Shown: in pieces, positions 53,681 through 62,742 of the stretch
Position numbering within the stretch: the stretch's first letter is position 1
How the letters are laid out: every line of letters begins with the position of its first letter
Origin: a virus
DNA: 64,000 nucleotides
Virus record (IMG/VR): IMGVR_UViG_3300045988_144418
Coordinates: 1 to 64,000 of that record
Direction: 5' to 3' (one strand)
Notes under the pieces: generated by a model
Database searches by the model: none
Seen by the model: only the letters and a program-made list of their open reading frames with translations
Told to the model about the DNA's origin: nothing
Translations under genes and position numbers: made by a program

Positions 53681-54220
53681 ATGAACTACAAAAAGATTGA
53701 CTATCTACTTCAGATGAAGCAGATACAGAGACTTCCAAATGTCCCCCATCATAGAAGTTATAATATTCTTGAGCACAGCTTTGTAGTCGGTATGCTTTTC
53801 AGGTGGTTTGCTTCCGCCTGTGATGTCTCCTACGATATAAATGTGTGGGATAAGGTGCTTATGCACGACTATCTTGAAGCATTTACAGGGGATTTGAACT
53901 TTGTTGTTAAGAATTTGACAGAGAAGACATCAAGTGCGTGGGCGACGATAGAGAAGGAGGTCTGTGATCATGACACTGTTTTGAATCATTATTCTGATGA
54001 AGCCATAAAGTCCGCCATGACGGAGGAGCAGCGCATTCTCTTTAAGGTGTGTGACTATCTTGATTTGTGGATTTTCTGCAAGCAGGAGGAGGCACTTGGT
54101 AATACCACGATTGGAAACAAGACCGTTATAGATAACTGTAAGAAGCTCATCTATGGTCTCTGTGGGCAGGATAGAAAGTGGTTTCCTATCTTTGATTTTA
54201 TGTGCAAATATACAGCGTAG
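53681..54220 (+). CDS. HD-domain phosphohydrolase (YfbR-like 5'-deoxynucleotidase candidate)
   Basis: ILEHSFVV ... LMHDYLEAFTGDL gives the H...HD...E..D metal-binding pattern. The start is set at the ATG after the AAAAATGATTTCGTT element. Confidence 0.6.
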   Translation: MNYKKIDYLLQMKQIQRLPNVPHHRSYNILEHSFVVGMLFRWFASACDVSYDINVWDKVLMHDYLEAFTGDLNFVVKNLTEKTSSAWATIEKEVCDHDTVLNHYSDEAIKSAMTEEQRILFKVCDYLDLWIFCKQEEALGNTTIGNKTVIDNCKKLIYGLCGQDRKWFPIFDFMCKYTA

Positions 54221-54222
54221 CT

Positions 54223-54885
54223 ATGGATGAAAGAACCCCAGTTGAGATATATGCCTTTGTCGGGGTGATTGGCTCCGGCAAGAGCTATCGGCTTGAGCAG
54301 ATGAAGAGAGAATACAATGGTGTCGGTCAGGTTGTCATTACCGCTGACTTTTCAGATGGTATTCGAGATCTAACACGTCAGCTTTTGGGGTATGGTGCTA
54401 ACTTCGGTGATGTGAATTCACAGGAATATCGTGACTGGAAGGAGAACGTGGCCTGTGTGACAGTTCACAATGGAGCGGTGGTGAATTCTTTCACTGGACG
54501 TGATGTGTTGCGTAATGTGGGAGAGTCCACGAAGTGTATTGCAGGTCAGAACGTGTGGGCGAGATATACGACACAGTCCTTATATTCACGCATAGCGTAT
54601 CAGGCATTTCGCTCTGATTTATGTGTGAGTGGTGTTCGGGTGCTTATAGGGTCAGTGCGATTCAAGTGCGAGGCTCGGAGCATATTTGAGCTCTTTAGCG
54701 ATGTAGCAGCCAATATGGATAGCTTTATGAATCCGTCCTTGCACTTTATATTCTGCGACTATCACTCGTCGAGCTATGATGCGGCAAGTGGTCACGTCAG
54801 TGAGGCACTTGCACAGATCGTGTTGAATACAGGCAAGTACAAGGATGGTGATGATATCACCGAACTGATAGACACAATGGTATGA
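54223..54885 (+). CDS. deoxynucleoside monophosphate kinase (T4 gp1-like)
   Basis: P-loop FVGVIGSGKSYR. FSDGIRDLTRQLLGY and GRDVLRNVGESTKCIAGQNVWARY parallel the T4 gp1 segments PIKDALAYAWG and VRRLMQALGTDL..MYWVKLF, which I am recalling from memory. Confidence 0.5.
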   Translation: MDERTPVEIYAFVGVIGSGKSYRLEQMKREYNGVGQVVITADFSDGIRDLTRQLLGYGANFGDVNSQEYRDWKENVACVTVHNGAVVNSFTGRDVLRNVGESTKCIAGQNVWARYTTQSLYSRIAYQAFRSDLCVSGVRVLIGSVRFKCEARSIFELFSDVAANMDSFMNPSLHFIFCDYHSSSYDAASGHVSEALAQIVLNTGKYKDGDDITELIDTMV

Positions 54886-57800
54886 GACAGGAATTTGAAC
54901 AGTATCTACAGAGGAACCTGATGTCATATACGGAGGTCAGTCCTTATGTGTATGAAATAGATGGTAGGACATTCGAACTCTATAAGCCTGACAATGATGG
55001 CGCATTGTTTGACGATGACTTCAGGTTTACAGGCATTCCGGCCAATTTAGCGAGATACACCTCCACTGAGAAAACGGTGGACACACAGTGTGACTTTTAT
55101 GCCTATAAGTTTGGAGGAGTGTGGTATATGCTTCCAAGGGATGATAGAGACAAGGTTAAGTTGAAGCGCCTGAAATATCTTGGGGAAGCGGTGCAGGAGA
55201 TTCCAACACCTGTCTTTATGGGTGTTCATGGTCAGTATGAGATTATGTCGGGCTCCGGAACGTATGCTGATTGGTGTGCAAAGGCGAAGTTCTACGGTGT
55301 TACGACACTTGGTATCTGTGAGAAGAACACTTTGTCGGGTGTCTTGAAATTTCAGGTGGAATGTCAGAAGAACGGCCTGAAGCCTGTTATCGGGATGGAA
55401 TGCACTGTATATGATATTGTCAAGGACTTTAGGTTCACGGCCAAGGTGTTTGTCAGAAATGAGGTGGGTTGGCAGAGCATCCTCACTATGTCGGAAGCCA
55501 TTAACTGTGATAATCCTGGGTATATTCTCATTGACCAGTTTAGAGAGGAAATAAGCCGAAATGCGGAAGGATTGGTGGTGGTTGCAGACCCCAAGACGAC
55601 TGACTATGACAAGTTCGCTGAAATCGGTCTAAAAATAGATTACTATCAACTTGACCCTGTTAGATATGCGGAAGAATCTCGTGATGAAGTGTATTTGAAG
55701 AACCTGAGAAAATTTTATCATAGTGGTATGCTTGCTCTTCCTATGGCTGATGCTTGGTATCTGGACGAGGAGTATAGCTGTATCAGATCGAGACTTGCAA
55801 GCATAGGTGGATCTAACTTTTATGACAGTGATGATCAGTGGTTTAAGCCGAATGATGTATTGTTCTGTCAGCTTGCTGACATGTTTCCAAGCACGGATGA
55901 TGGTCTGGGGCTTGCGTACCAGGACTTTTTAGATGGGCTTGAAAGGTTGATGGATCTTGCTGATAGCATTGGCTTTATCGTGGACACAACCAAACGCCAT
56001 CTTCTACGCTACATTATGACAGAGGATGAAGCCGCTAAGTATGTCACCAATGAGGATATGTTCTGGGGGCTTATTGACGAGGGACTTCAGCGGCATCCTG
56101 AGCTGATTGAACAGTACGGTGAGGATGTGGTGATGGAACGCATTGATAGAGAAGTTGGTGTAATTAAGTTGGGGGATACAATCGATTACTTCCTAATTAC
56201 GAGGGATATTGTGAATTGGTGTCATCATAATGATATTATGACAGGTATATCCAGAGGTTCGGCAGGAGGGTGTCTTATCTCGTATCTTCTTGGGATCACA
56301 AAGTTGGATCCAATAGGCTATAATCTACTTTTTGAGAGGTTTTTGAACGAGGGTCGTGTAAAGAAAAGTCTTCCTGATATAGATACGGATTTCCCTGGAG
56401 AAGACCGAGGAAAAGTCAAGCAGTATATGGAACAACGATTTGGGGAGGTTAATGTCTGTTCTGTGGGTACTTATTCCGCCTTGCAGCTGAGAGCGGCTAT
56501 CAAGGACATGTCTCGTGTGTATGGGCTGGAGTTTCAAGAGGTGAATGATATGATGAAACTCTTTGCCGTGGATGATCGTAAGCCTGAAGACCTGTTTAGG
56601 ATAGCGTGTGCACAGCCACGTGTGAAGAAGTTTGTTAGAGAGCATTCTGACTTGGTGAATGAGGTGATGCTGATTATGCCAGCCCCCAAGGCACGTTCCG
56701 TTCACGCCTGTGCCACTATGATATTTCCGAAGGAGCACGATATGTTTCACTGGACACCTATTCGCAAACAGAACGGAGAGTATGTGACTGAGTGGGAGGG
56801 TGGTGAAATGGACGGTGCAGGATTTCTGAAGAATGATATCTTGGGTATTAAGCAGCTTGATAAATTTCAGAATATGGTGCGTCTTGTCAAGGAGAACGAG
56901 GGTGTTGATGTGGATATTTTCAATGTGCCGCTTGACGATTCAGAGGTGTATCGTTACTTTCAGAACGGCTGGACGGAGGATAATTTTCACTTCGGCTCTC
57001 GTGGTTTGACAGGCTACTGTAAGGAGATGAAGCCTGAAAACATAGAGGACTTGATTGTGGCCATCGCCCTGTATCGTCCTGGAGCAATGGAGAACGGCTT
57101 CCATACGGAGTATGTTAAGCGTAAGGAGGGTGCGCCTGTAAGTTACTTTGTAGGTTCCGAGGAAATTCTTTCCAATACTTATGGGATTTTCTGTTTTCAG
57201 GAACAGATCATGGAGTTGTGTAAGCATCTTGGGGGGCTTTCACTTGTGGAAGCTGATGACGTGCGAAAGGCGATGGTGAAGAAGAAGTACGAAGCACTTC
57301 ATCAGTATCATCCAAGATTTGTTGACAACTATGTGACACAGTTCGGTGTCACGAATGAATATGCTGAAAGTGTGTGGGATGCTATTGACAAGGCTTCCAC
57401 TTACCTGTTTAACCGTTCTCATGCTGTCGCCTATGCTCTTACTGGCTATATCTCGCAGTGGATGAAAGTACACTACCCAATAGAATACTGGAGTGTTGCG
57501 TTCAAGGAAGCGATGACGGAGGATTACCCTCGCTATATTGCTGAGATTAACAAGACAGGTGTCTGCACGGTGAGGTCTGTGGATATCAATCTGTCGGGAA
57601 CAGGCGTGTATATTGACTTTGCGGCCAGAACGCTCTATTGGTCTGTCACAGGCGTTAAGCAGGTGGCTGAAAAGGCGGCTACACAGATACTCAAGGAACG
57701 TGATGAGAATGGTAGGTATTGGTCTTTGGATGACTTTGTGACACGACATAAGTGGAAAGGGTCAGCGGTGAACACGAGGGTTGTGCAGAATCTTATTCTC

Positions 57801-58364
57801 GCAGGGGCATTTGATGACGTGGAGAACATCACTGATGCCTCTCAGAGGGTGGAACTATTGATATCCTATCTTGCTTCCACAAAAAACAAGTTGAATGAGA
57901 CTGATCCTATTATAGCAGGGTTTGACATTCACAGGAATGATGCTTGGTGGTGGCAGCTTATGCAGAAGAAACTTTCAGGGCTTGCATTCTTTGACTATGC
58001 AGGTCTTTATGACAAGGTGAAGCAGTTTTTCCCTGTTGACTATGAGTATTATACCTTTGAGGAATGTAGTGACGTGGAATATCGTCCTAACAGGGGATAT
58101 GTCATTGTTGGTGGGTATGTGTCAGCGATAGACCTGAAAAAAACCAAGAAAGGAGACATTCTATGCCGTATAACACTGGAGAACAACTATGAGTTTCTGG
58201 ACTTGGTTGTATTCCAGACGGAATATGAGCGGCTTCAGGAGGAGATTGCTGCAAGCAAGGATAATATCGTGCTTTTGAATGCAACACTTTACTATGACGC
58301 ACGGAATGATAAAAACGCCTTGCGTGCTGATATGGAGACATCCATTGTGACATTTAAGTTATAA
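54882..58364 (+). CDS. dnaE: DNA polymerase III alpha subunit (DnaE-type replicative polymerase)
   Basis: 1160 aa. PHP region FMGVHGQYE..LGICEKNTLSG. Palm signature GISRGSAGGCLISYLLGITKLDPIGYNLLFERFLNEGRVKKSLPDIDTDF. Also ALYRPGAME and FNRSHAVAYA. Confidence 0.9.
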   Translation: MRQEFEQYLQRNLMSYTEVSPYVYEIDGRTFELYKPDNDGALFDDDFRFTGIPANLARYTSTEKTVDTQCDFYAYKFGGVWYMLPRDDRDKVKLKRLKYLGEAVQEIPTPVFMGVHGQYEIMSGSGTYADWCAKAKFYGVTTLGICEKNTLSGVLKFQVECQKNGLKPVIGMECTVYDIVKDFRFTAKVFVRNEVGWQSILTMSEAINCDNPGYILIDQFREEISRNAEGLVVVADPKTTDYDKFAEIGLKIDYYQLDPVRYAEESRDEVYLKNLRKFYHSGMLALPMADAWYLDEEYSCIRSRLASIGGSNFYDSDDQWFKPNDVLFCQLADMFPSTDDGLGLAYQDFLDGLERLMDLADSIGFIVDTTKRHLLRYIMTEDEAAKYVTNEDMFWGLIDEGLQRHPELIEQYGEDVVMERIDREVGVIKLGDTIDYFLITRDIVNWCHHNDIMTGISRGSAGGCLISYLLGITKLDPIGYNLLFERFLNEGRVKKSLPDIDTDFPGEDRGKVKQYMEQRFGEVNVCSVGTYSALQLRAAIKDMSRVYGLEFQEVNDMMKLFAVDDRKPEDLFRIACAQPRVKKFVREHSDLVNEVMLIMPAPKARSVHACATMIFPKEHDMFHWTPIRKQNGEYVTEWEGGEMDGAGFLKNDILGIKQLDKFQNMVRLVKENEGVDVDIFNVPLDDSEVYRYFQNGWTEDNFHFGSRGLTGYCKEMKPENIEDLIVAIALYRPGAMENGFHTEYVKRKEGAPVSYFVGSEEILSNTYGIFCFQEQIMELCKHLGGLSLVEADDVRKAMVKKKYEALHQYHPRFVDNYVTQFGVTNEYAESVWDAIDKASTYLFNRSHAVAYALTGYISQWMKVHYPIEYWSVAFKEAMTEDYPRYIAEINKTGVCTVRSVDINLSGTGVYIDFAARTLYWSVTGVKQVAEKAATQILKERDENGRYWSLDDFVTRHKWKGSAVNTRVVQNLILAGAFDDVENITDASQRVELLISYLASTKNKLNETDPIIAGFDIHRNDAWWWQLMQKKLSGLAFFDYAGLYDKVKQFFPVDYEYYTFEECSDVEYRPNRGYVIVGGYVSAIDLKKTKKGDILCRITLENNYEFLDLVVFQTEYERLQEEIAASKDNIVLLNATLYYDARNDKNALRADMETSIVTFKL

Positions 58365-58380
58365 CTAATACACACGAATT

Positions 58381-58911
58381 ATGATAATTACAACACACTT
58401 TGCGAATGTTCCGGTGGAACTGGAGACAAACGGCTTTGACGGTCGAATAGACATAGACCGCCTGACAAGTATTGACTATCAGAATCTGTTCGGAGAGGCC
58501 GTCACCGTAAGTGCCCTCCTTAACAAGGTGGGTCTCCTGAGAGCGGAAGCCGAAAAGGCTGTGGCTGAGAAGAAACTGGAGAAGGACATCTATGAAGCCG
58601 ACAGGAAGAAATTCTATCGTAGACAGGCGCAGAAGAACGGTGGTAAGTTCTTCTTTGACAATGACGAGATAAAGATGTCAGAAAAGGCTCTTGAGGAGGT
58701 TATTCTCCTTGATGAGGACTATCAGCAGCTGTCCTGTGAACTTATAGAAGCCCAGAAGAACTTCGCCATTCTGGACACGTTACAGTGGTCAGTGCAGGAC
58801 AAGAGCCGCAAGCTGAACAATCTCCTGAAGCCTGTCACTCCAGCGGAGTTTCTGCAGGAGCTTGTGGAGGGTGAAGTGAACTCCTTCCTAATACGTAAGA
58901 AAGGATTTTGA
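58381..58911 (+). CDS. hypothetical coiled-coil protein (176 aa)
   Basis: ORF after dnaE. No recognisable motifs. Confidence 0.5.
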   Translation: MIITTHFANVPVELETNGFDGRIDIDRLTSIDYQNLFGEAVTVSALLNKVGLLRAEAEKAVAEKKLEKDIYEADRKKFYRRQAQKNGGKFFFDNDEIKMSEKALEEVILLDEDYQQLSCELIEAQKNFAILDTLQWSVQDKSRKLNNLLKPVTPAEFLQELVEGEVNSFLIRKKGF

Positions 58912-58930
58912 AGAATTCCTGATAAACTTC

Positions 58931-58960
58931 TTGGATATTCAAGAAAATTGACTACCTTTG
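58931..58960 (+). promoter_or_regulatory. promoter (-33 TTGG, 18-nt spacer, -7 TACCTTTG)
   Basis: TTCTTGGATATTCAAGAAAATTGACTACCTTTGCAG is nearly identical to the minus-strand copy at 3235-3268. It shares the leader TAATCATTAAATCACA with the promoter at 20-48. Confidence 0.55.
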
Positions 58961-58985
58961 CAGTGTAATCATTAAATCACACGTT

Positions 58986-59249
58986 ATGAAAACACTTACA
59001 AGCAAAGAAATTGCACAGTTGATTCAGGAAAAGGTTCAGGATCGCAAGATTGAGTTAGGTGTTAACTTTACATATTACGATAAGATTCTTAAAAAGGATC
59101 GTTCAGATGTTCTTTGTGCAGTAGATTATTTATATAGAGGTAATTGCTGTCATGTCGGTGTTCAATTATTGAATGAAGGGTGGGTTAATTATAGGGACTT
59201 CAACTATTCAGATAGAAGACAGCTTGAACTGTTCATTAGGAATGCTTAA
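58986..59249 (+). CDS. hypothetical small protein (87 aa)
   Basis: ORF with its own promoter. Confidence 0.5.
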   Translation: MKTLTSKEIAQLIQEKVQDRKIELGVNFTYYDKILKKDRSDVLCAVDYLYRGNCCHVGVQLLNEGWVNYRDFNYSDRRQLELFIRNA

Positions 59250-59291
59250 TGAGAAATCGTTTATTTATTAACAAATTCATAACAACGAATT

Positions 59292-60707
59292 ATGGCAAGT
59301 TTTAACAGAGACAGATTTAGGGCTACTCCCCTGTCAACGGTGAATTCAACTGTCACCGAGACGAAGCAGTACGACACCTTTTACGGTGGAAACAGTGATT
59401 ATGCACCGTTCTTTAAGAATGTGGAGGGCGTGACCGTCAAGAGGGTGCTTCCAGCGCACGAGCCTGGAGACAGCCCGTATGTTCCTATGATGACCTCAAT
59501 GCTTGAGTGTGAGGTTGAGGACAAGAAGGACGGTGTGGTTATTGGCAAGAAGATTGCCAAGAAGAAGATCTTCATCGCCACGCTTCATGCAGGGTCAAAG
59601 TATGACATCATTGATGAGTACATCAAGAGGGTCTATGCCCTTGCAGAGCAGTATCAGGACAAGGACGAGCGTAGCCGCTTCCTTAACCCCATAACTGGGT
59701 ATCGTATGGGCAAGCAGTGGGTGTCAGGAATTCGTCCACAGCTGGAGTACGTTTACTATGCGCTTATCAACGGTCAGATCTATAGGGACAGCCTGAAGCC
59801 GAAGCAGATGGAAGCCCTCAACAAGGAATCCGCTGAGATGTGTGCTCAGGATGACACAGCCGCAATCGACATCTTCAGTGACCCTACGACTGGATATCCT
59901 ATTCAGTGGTCACGTGAAAAGGATGAGAACGGCAAGACGGTTGAGGTGCTCAAGGCATTGCCGCTCCCTCGTACAATGTCCTGGGATCAGTACTTTGAGA
60001 AGTATGCCGTTCCTGACAGGGTGCTGGAGGATCTTCTCAAGCTTCCTTCCCTGAAAAGCCTGTATGTCGGCTCCTATCGCAAGAAGGACTTTGAGTATGC
60101 ACTGGATGGTCTGAAGAGGTTTGATCAGAACAATAACTACAACATCTTCGCTGATGAGGACTATCTGGACTACATCGAGCGAGCGGAAGCCGAGCTTTCC
60201 AAGAAGTGGGGGTCAGAGGGTGATGATTCAGCCTCACAGCCACAGGCAACATCTCAGGTGGAAACTTCAGTGAAGCCGAAGCCTCTTGCAAAGAAGCCGA
60301 CGGCTAAAAAGGCCGCTCCGGAGGAGACGAAGGAGCCGACGCTGGAGGAGAAGTTGAAAGTAATCAACGAGGAGTTCGTTAGGCAGTACGGCAACGAGTA
60401 TGAGGACATCACCGCTGATGTCCTTGGTGATGACCTTGATTCCACCTATGCTCTTGCAGTCAAGAAGGAGGATCTCGGTTACGACCTTGACCATGTTCCT
60501 GGATGGGACGCAAAGCCTGAAGTTCCTGCAAAGCCGAAGCCAAAGGCAGCACCAAAGGTGGAGGAACCGAAGTCGGAACCTGAAGCAGCCCCAGAACCAC
60601 AGCCGCAGACAGCAGCCGCTCCACAGCCATCAGGCAACGCAACGGCACAGTCCGCTCTTGAACGAATCAAGGCTATGCGTGAGAGAGCCAAGCAGAACAA
60701 GCAGTAA
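59292..60707 (+). CDS. putative ssDNA-binding protein (gp32-like) with P/E/K/A-rich C-terminal tail
   Basis: It lies between the replisome and recombination genes. The 471-aa protein has a low-complexity C-terminus (PKPKAAPKVEEPKSEPEAAPEPQPQ) and is followed by a terminator. The function is inferred from context only. Confidence 0.3.
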   Translation: MASFNRDRFRATPLSTVNSTVTETKQYDTFYGGNSDYAPFFKNVEGVTVKRVLPAHEPGDSPYVPMMTSMLECEVEDKKDGVVIGKKIAKKKIFIATLHAGSKYDIIDEYIKRVYALAEQYQDKDERSRFLNPITGYRMGKQWVSGIRPQLEYVYYALINGQIYRDSLKPKQMEALNKESAEMCAQDDTAAIDIFSDPTTGYPIQWSREKDENGKTVEVLKALPLPRTMSWDQYFEKYAVPDRVLEDLLKLPSLKSLYVGSYRKKDFEYALDGLKRFDQNNNYNIFADEDYLDYIERAEAELSKKWGSEGDDSASQPQATSQVETSVKPKPLAKKPTAKKAAPEETKEPTLEEKLKVINEEFVRQYGNEYEDITADVLGDDLDSTYALAVKKEDLGYDLDHVPGWDAKPEVPAKPKPKAAPKVEEPKSEPEAAPEPQPQTAAAPQPSGNATAQSALERIKAMRERAKQNKQ

Positions 60708-60726
60708 CAAAGTGATGGTATGATTG

Positions 60727-60755
60727 AGGGGTGGCTGAAACCACCCCTTTATTTC
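60727..60755 (+). terminator. intrinsic terminator AGGGGTGG-ctgaaa-CCACCCCT followed by TTATTT
   Basis: An 8-bp G/C stem and a T-rich tail after the stop at 60707. Confidence 0.7.
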
Positions 60756-60762
60756 AATTCTT

Positions 60763-61788
60763 ATGAAACAACCTTTAGCGATAATCAGCACCGATTGGCA
60801 TCTCAAGACTGACAACAAGGAATCTATTTTGAGCATTGCGAAGCAGGAGATTCAGTCGGCTCAGGATCGTGGTGTGGACACGGTTATATGGCTTGGTGAT
60901 ATGTTTGACAGCAGAACAAGCCAGAGTCAGGAACTTCTTACCTTTATGGATAGCATTCTGAATATGTACTATCTTGCAGGGTTGACCGTACACTGCATTC
61001 CTGGAAACCACGATAAGACAGACTATGGGGATGACAGAAGTTTTTTGACAGTGTTCAAGTATCATCCTGACTTTCATCTTCATGAAACGCCTGATATGGT
61101 GGATTTTGGTGGCGTGAAGTTCTGGTTTATGCCGTTTTATCGGCAGGATGTGTATCTGGATAGATTTCAGATGTGTATGCCGTTGGGTCGATGTGTTCTG
61201 TTTAGTCATACGGCTATCTCAGGTTCAATTAACAATGACGGCAGTAAGGTGGAATCACCTATCAATGCTTCACTGTTTAAGGGGTTTGAAAAGGTCTTTC
61301 TTGGGCACTATCATAATAGACAGCAGCCAGCGAAGAATATCTTTCATCTACCGAGTGTTCAGCAGAACAATTTTGGGGAGGATGAGGATAAGGGTTTTAC
61401 CGTGCTATATGATGACTTATCCTTTGAACTTGTAAGGTCGGTTTTTAAGCCTTACAAAGAGATTGTGGTTGATGCACGGACAGTCACCTCGGAGGAACTT
61501 GTGGAACTCTCTAAATCGTCCGTTGATGGGGTGAACTTGCGTCTTACATTCACGGGAGATCAACAGGCGGTGAAGAAGATTGATCGTAAGAAGTTTACAG
61601 CCGTCGGCATAAGTGTGCAGGTCAAGTATGATGATGTTGATGTGGATGAAGTGGATAGACAGCAGGACATTGTTGCTATGACTGGAACAAATATTGCAGA
61701 GAAATTTGAGGAATTCTGTAAGGAAAAAGGTTATGATTATGTAAGGGGCTATGAATTATTAAAGGAGGTAATGAAATGGCAGGAATAG
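60763..61788 (+). CDS. sbcD: SbcD/Mre11-type nuclease (T4 gp47-like)
   Basis: Calcineurin-like phosphoesterase motifs: STDWH, WLGDMFD, IPGNHD, FSHTAISG and LGHYH. Confidence 0.75.
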   Translation: MKQPLAIISTDWHLKTDNKESILSIAKQEIQSAQDRGVDTVIWLGDMFDSRTSQSQELLTFMDSILNMYYLAGLTVHCIPGNHDKTDYGDDRSFLTVFKYHPDFHLHETPDMVDFGGVKFWFMPFYRQDVYLDRFQMCMPLGRCVLFSHTAISGSINNDGSKVESPINASLFKGFEKVFLGHYHNRQQPAKNIFHLPSVQQNNFGEDEDKGFTVLYDDLSFELVRSVFKPYKEIVVDARTVTSEELVELSKSSVDGVNLRLTFTGDQQAVKKIDRKKFTAVGISVQVKYDDVDVDEVDRQQDIVAMTGTNIAEKFEEFCKEKGYDYVRGYELLKEVMKWQE

Positions 61789-62738
61789 AAGAACTTGTAT
61801 CAACATTGCAGAAGAAGTTCGGCAAGGAGATTGTGGCTGGAAACACTTCACAGGAGGTAACTTTCATATCATCAGGCAGTATGGGTCTTGACTTGGCTCT
61901 GGGTGGTGGATACCCTCTCGGCAGAATAGTGGAACTCAGAGGGTATGAATCCAGTGGCAAGACAACGCTTGCTCTGACAGCTTGTGCAAGCATACAGAAA
62001 CAGACAGGCAAGGCGATTGTCTATGTGGACAGAGAGAACGCCATTGATATGGACTATGTTAAGGCACTGGGTGTGGATATTTCACCACAGATGTTCATTC
62101 TTACACAGGCCGGAACGGCTGAGGAGTGTCTGGAGATTATACGTGAATCAGCGAAGTCTGATGCAGTGGGTGGCATCGTTATGGATTCAGTGGCCGCTAT
62201 GTTTCCACGATGCTATCTGGAAGCGGAGGTGGGGGATGCCAAGATGGGTGTTCTGGCACGTCTGATGTCAGCGTGGCTTCCAGGGATTGTGGGTGACTTG
62301 AAAAGAAACAACATTATCGCTTTATTTATCAATCAGTATCGTGAAAAGATAGGTGTGATGTATGGTTCGCCTAAGACAACCCCAGGAGGAAAGAGTTTGG
62401 GTTTTTACGCAAGTCAGATTCTGGATATTGCCAAGTCAGGTGTTATTGGTGACAAGGGTGAGGAATCAGCCATTCACGTTAAGGTGCGTGTGGAAAAGAA
62501 CAAGGTTGCTCCACCGTTGCGTAAGGCGGAGTTTGATATTCGCTTCGGTGAGGGTGTGGACAGAGCGTCCGAGGTGCTTGACCTTGCCGTTGAATATGGT
62601 GTTGTGGACAAGAAAGGATCGTTCTTCCGTTATAACGGTGACTTAATCGGTCAGGGTTCGGAAAAGGCAAGGACTTTTCTTGCTGACAATCTTGAACTGA
62701 TGCAGGAGATAGAAGCAAAGGTGACTGAAAAGATTTAG
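61776..62738 (+). CDS. recA: RecA-family recombinase
   Basis: GRIVELRGYESSGKTTLAL (Walker A), VMDSVAAM, and FINQYREKIGVMYGSPKTTPGGKSLGFYAS, which is very close to the bacterial RecA L2 region. Confidence 0.9.
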   Translation: MAGIEELVSTLQKKFGKEIVAGNTSQEVTFISSGSMGLDLALGGGYPLGRIVELRGYESSGKTTLALTACASIQKQTGKAIVYVDRENAIDMDYVKALGVDISPQMFILTQAGTAEECLEIIRESAKSDAVGGIVMDSVAAMFPRCYLEAEVGDAKMGVLARLMSAWLPGIVGDLKRNNIIALFINQYREKIGVMYGSPKTTPGGKSLGFYASQILDIAKSGVIGDKGEESAIHVKVRVEKNKVAPPLRKAEFDIRFGEGVDRASEVLDLAVEYGVVDKKGSFFRYNGDLIGQGSEKARTFLADNLELMQEIEAKVTEKI

Positions 62739-62742
62739 GCTT

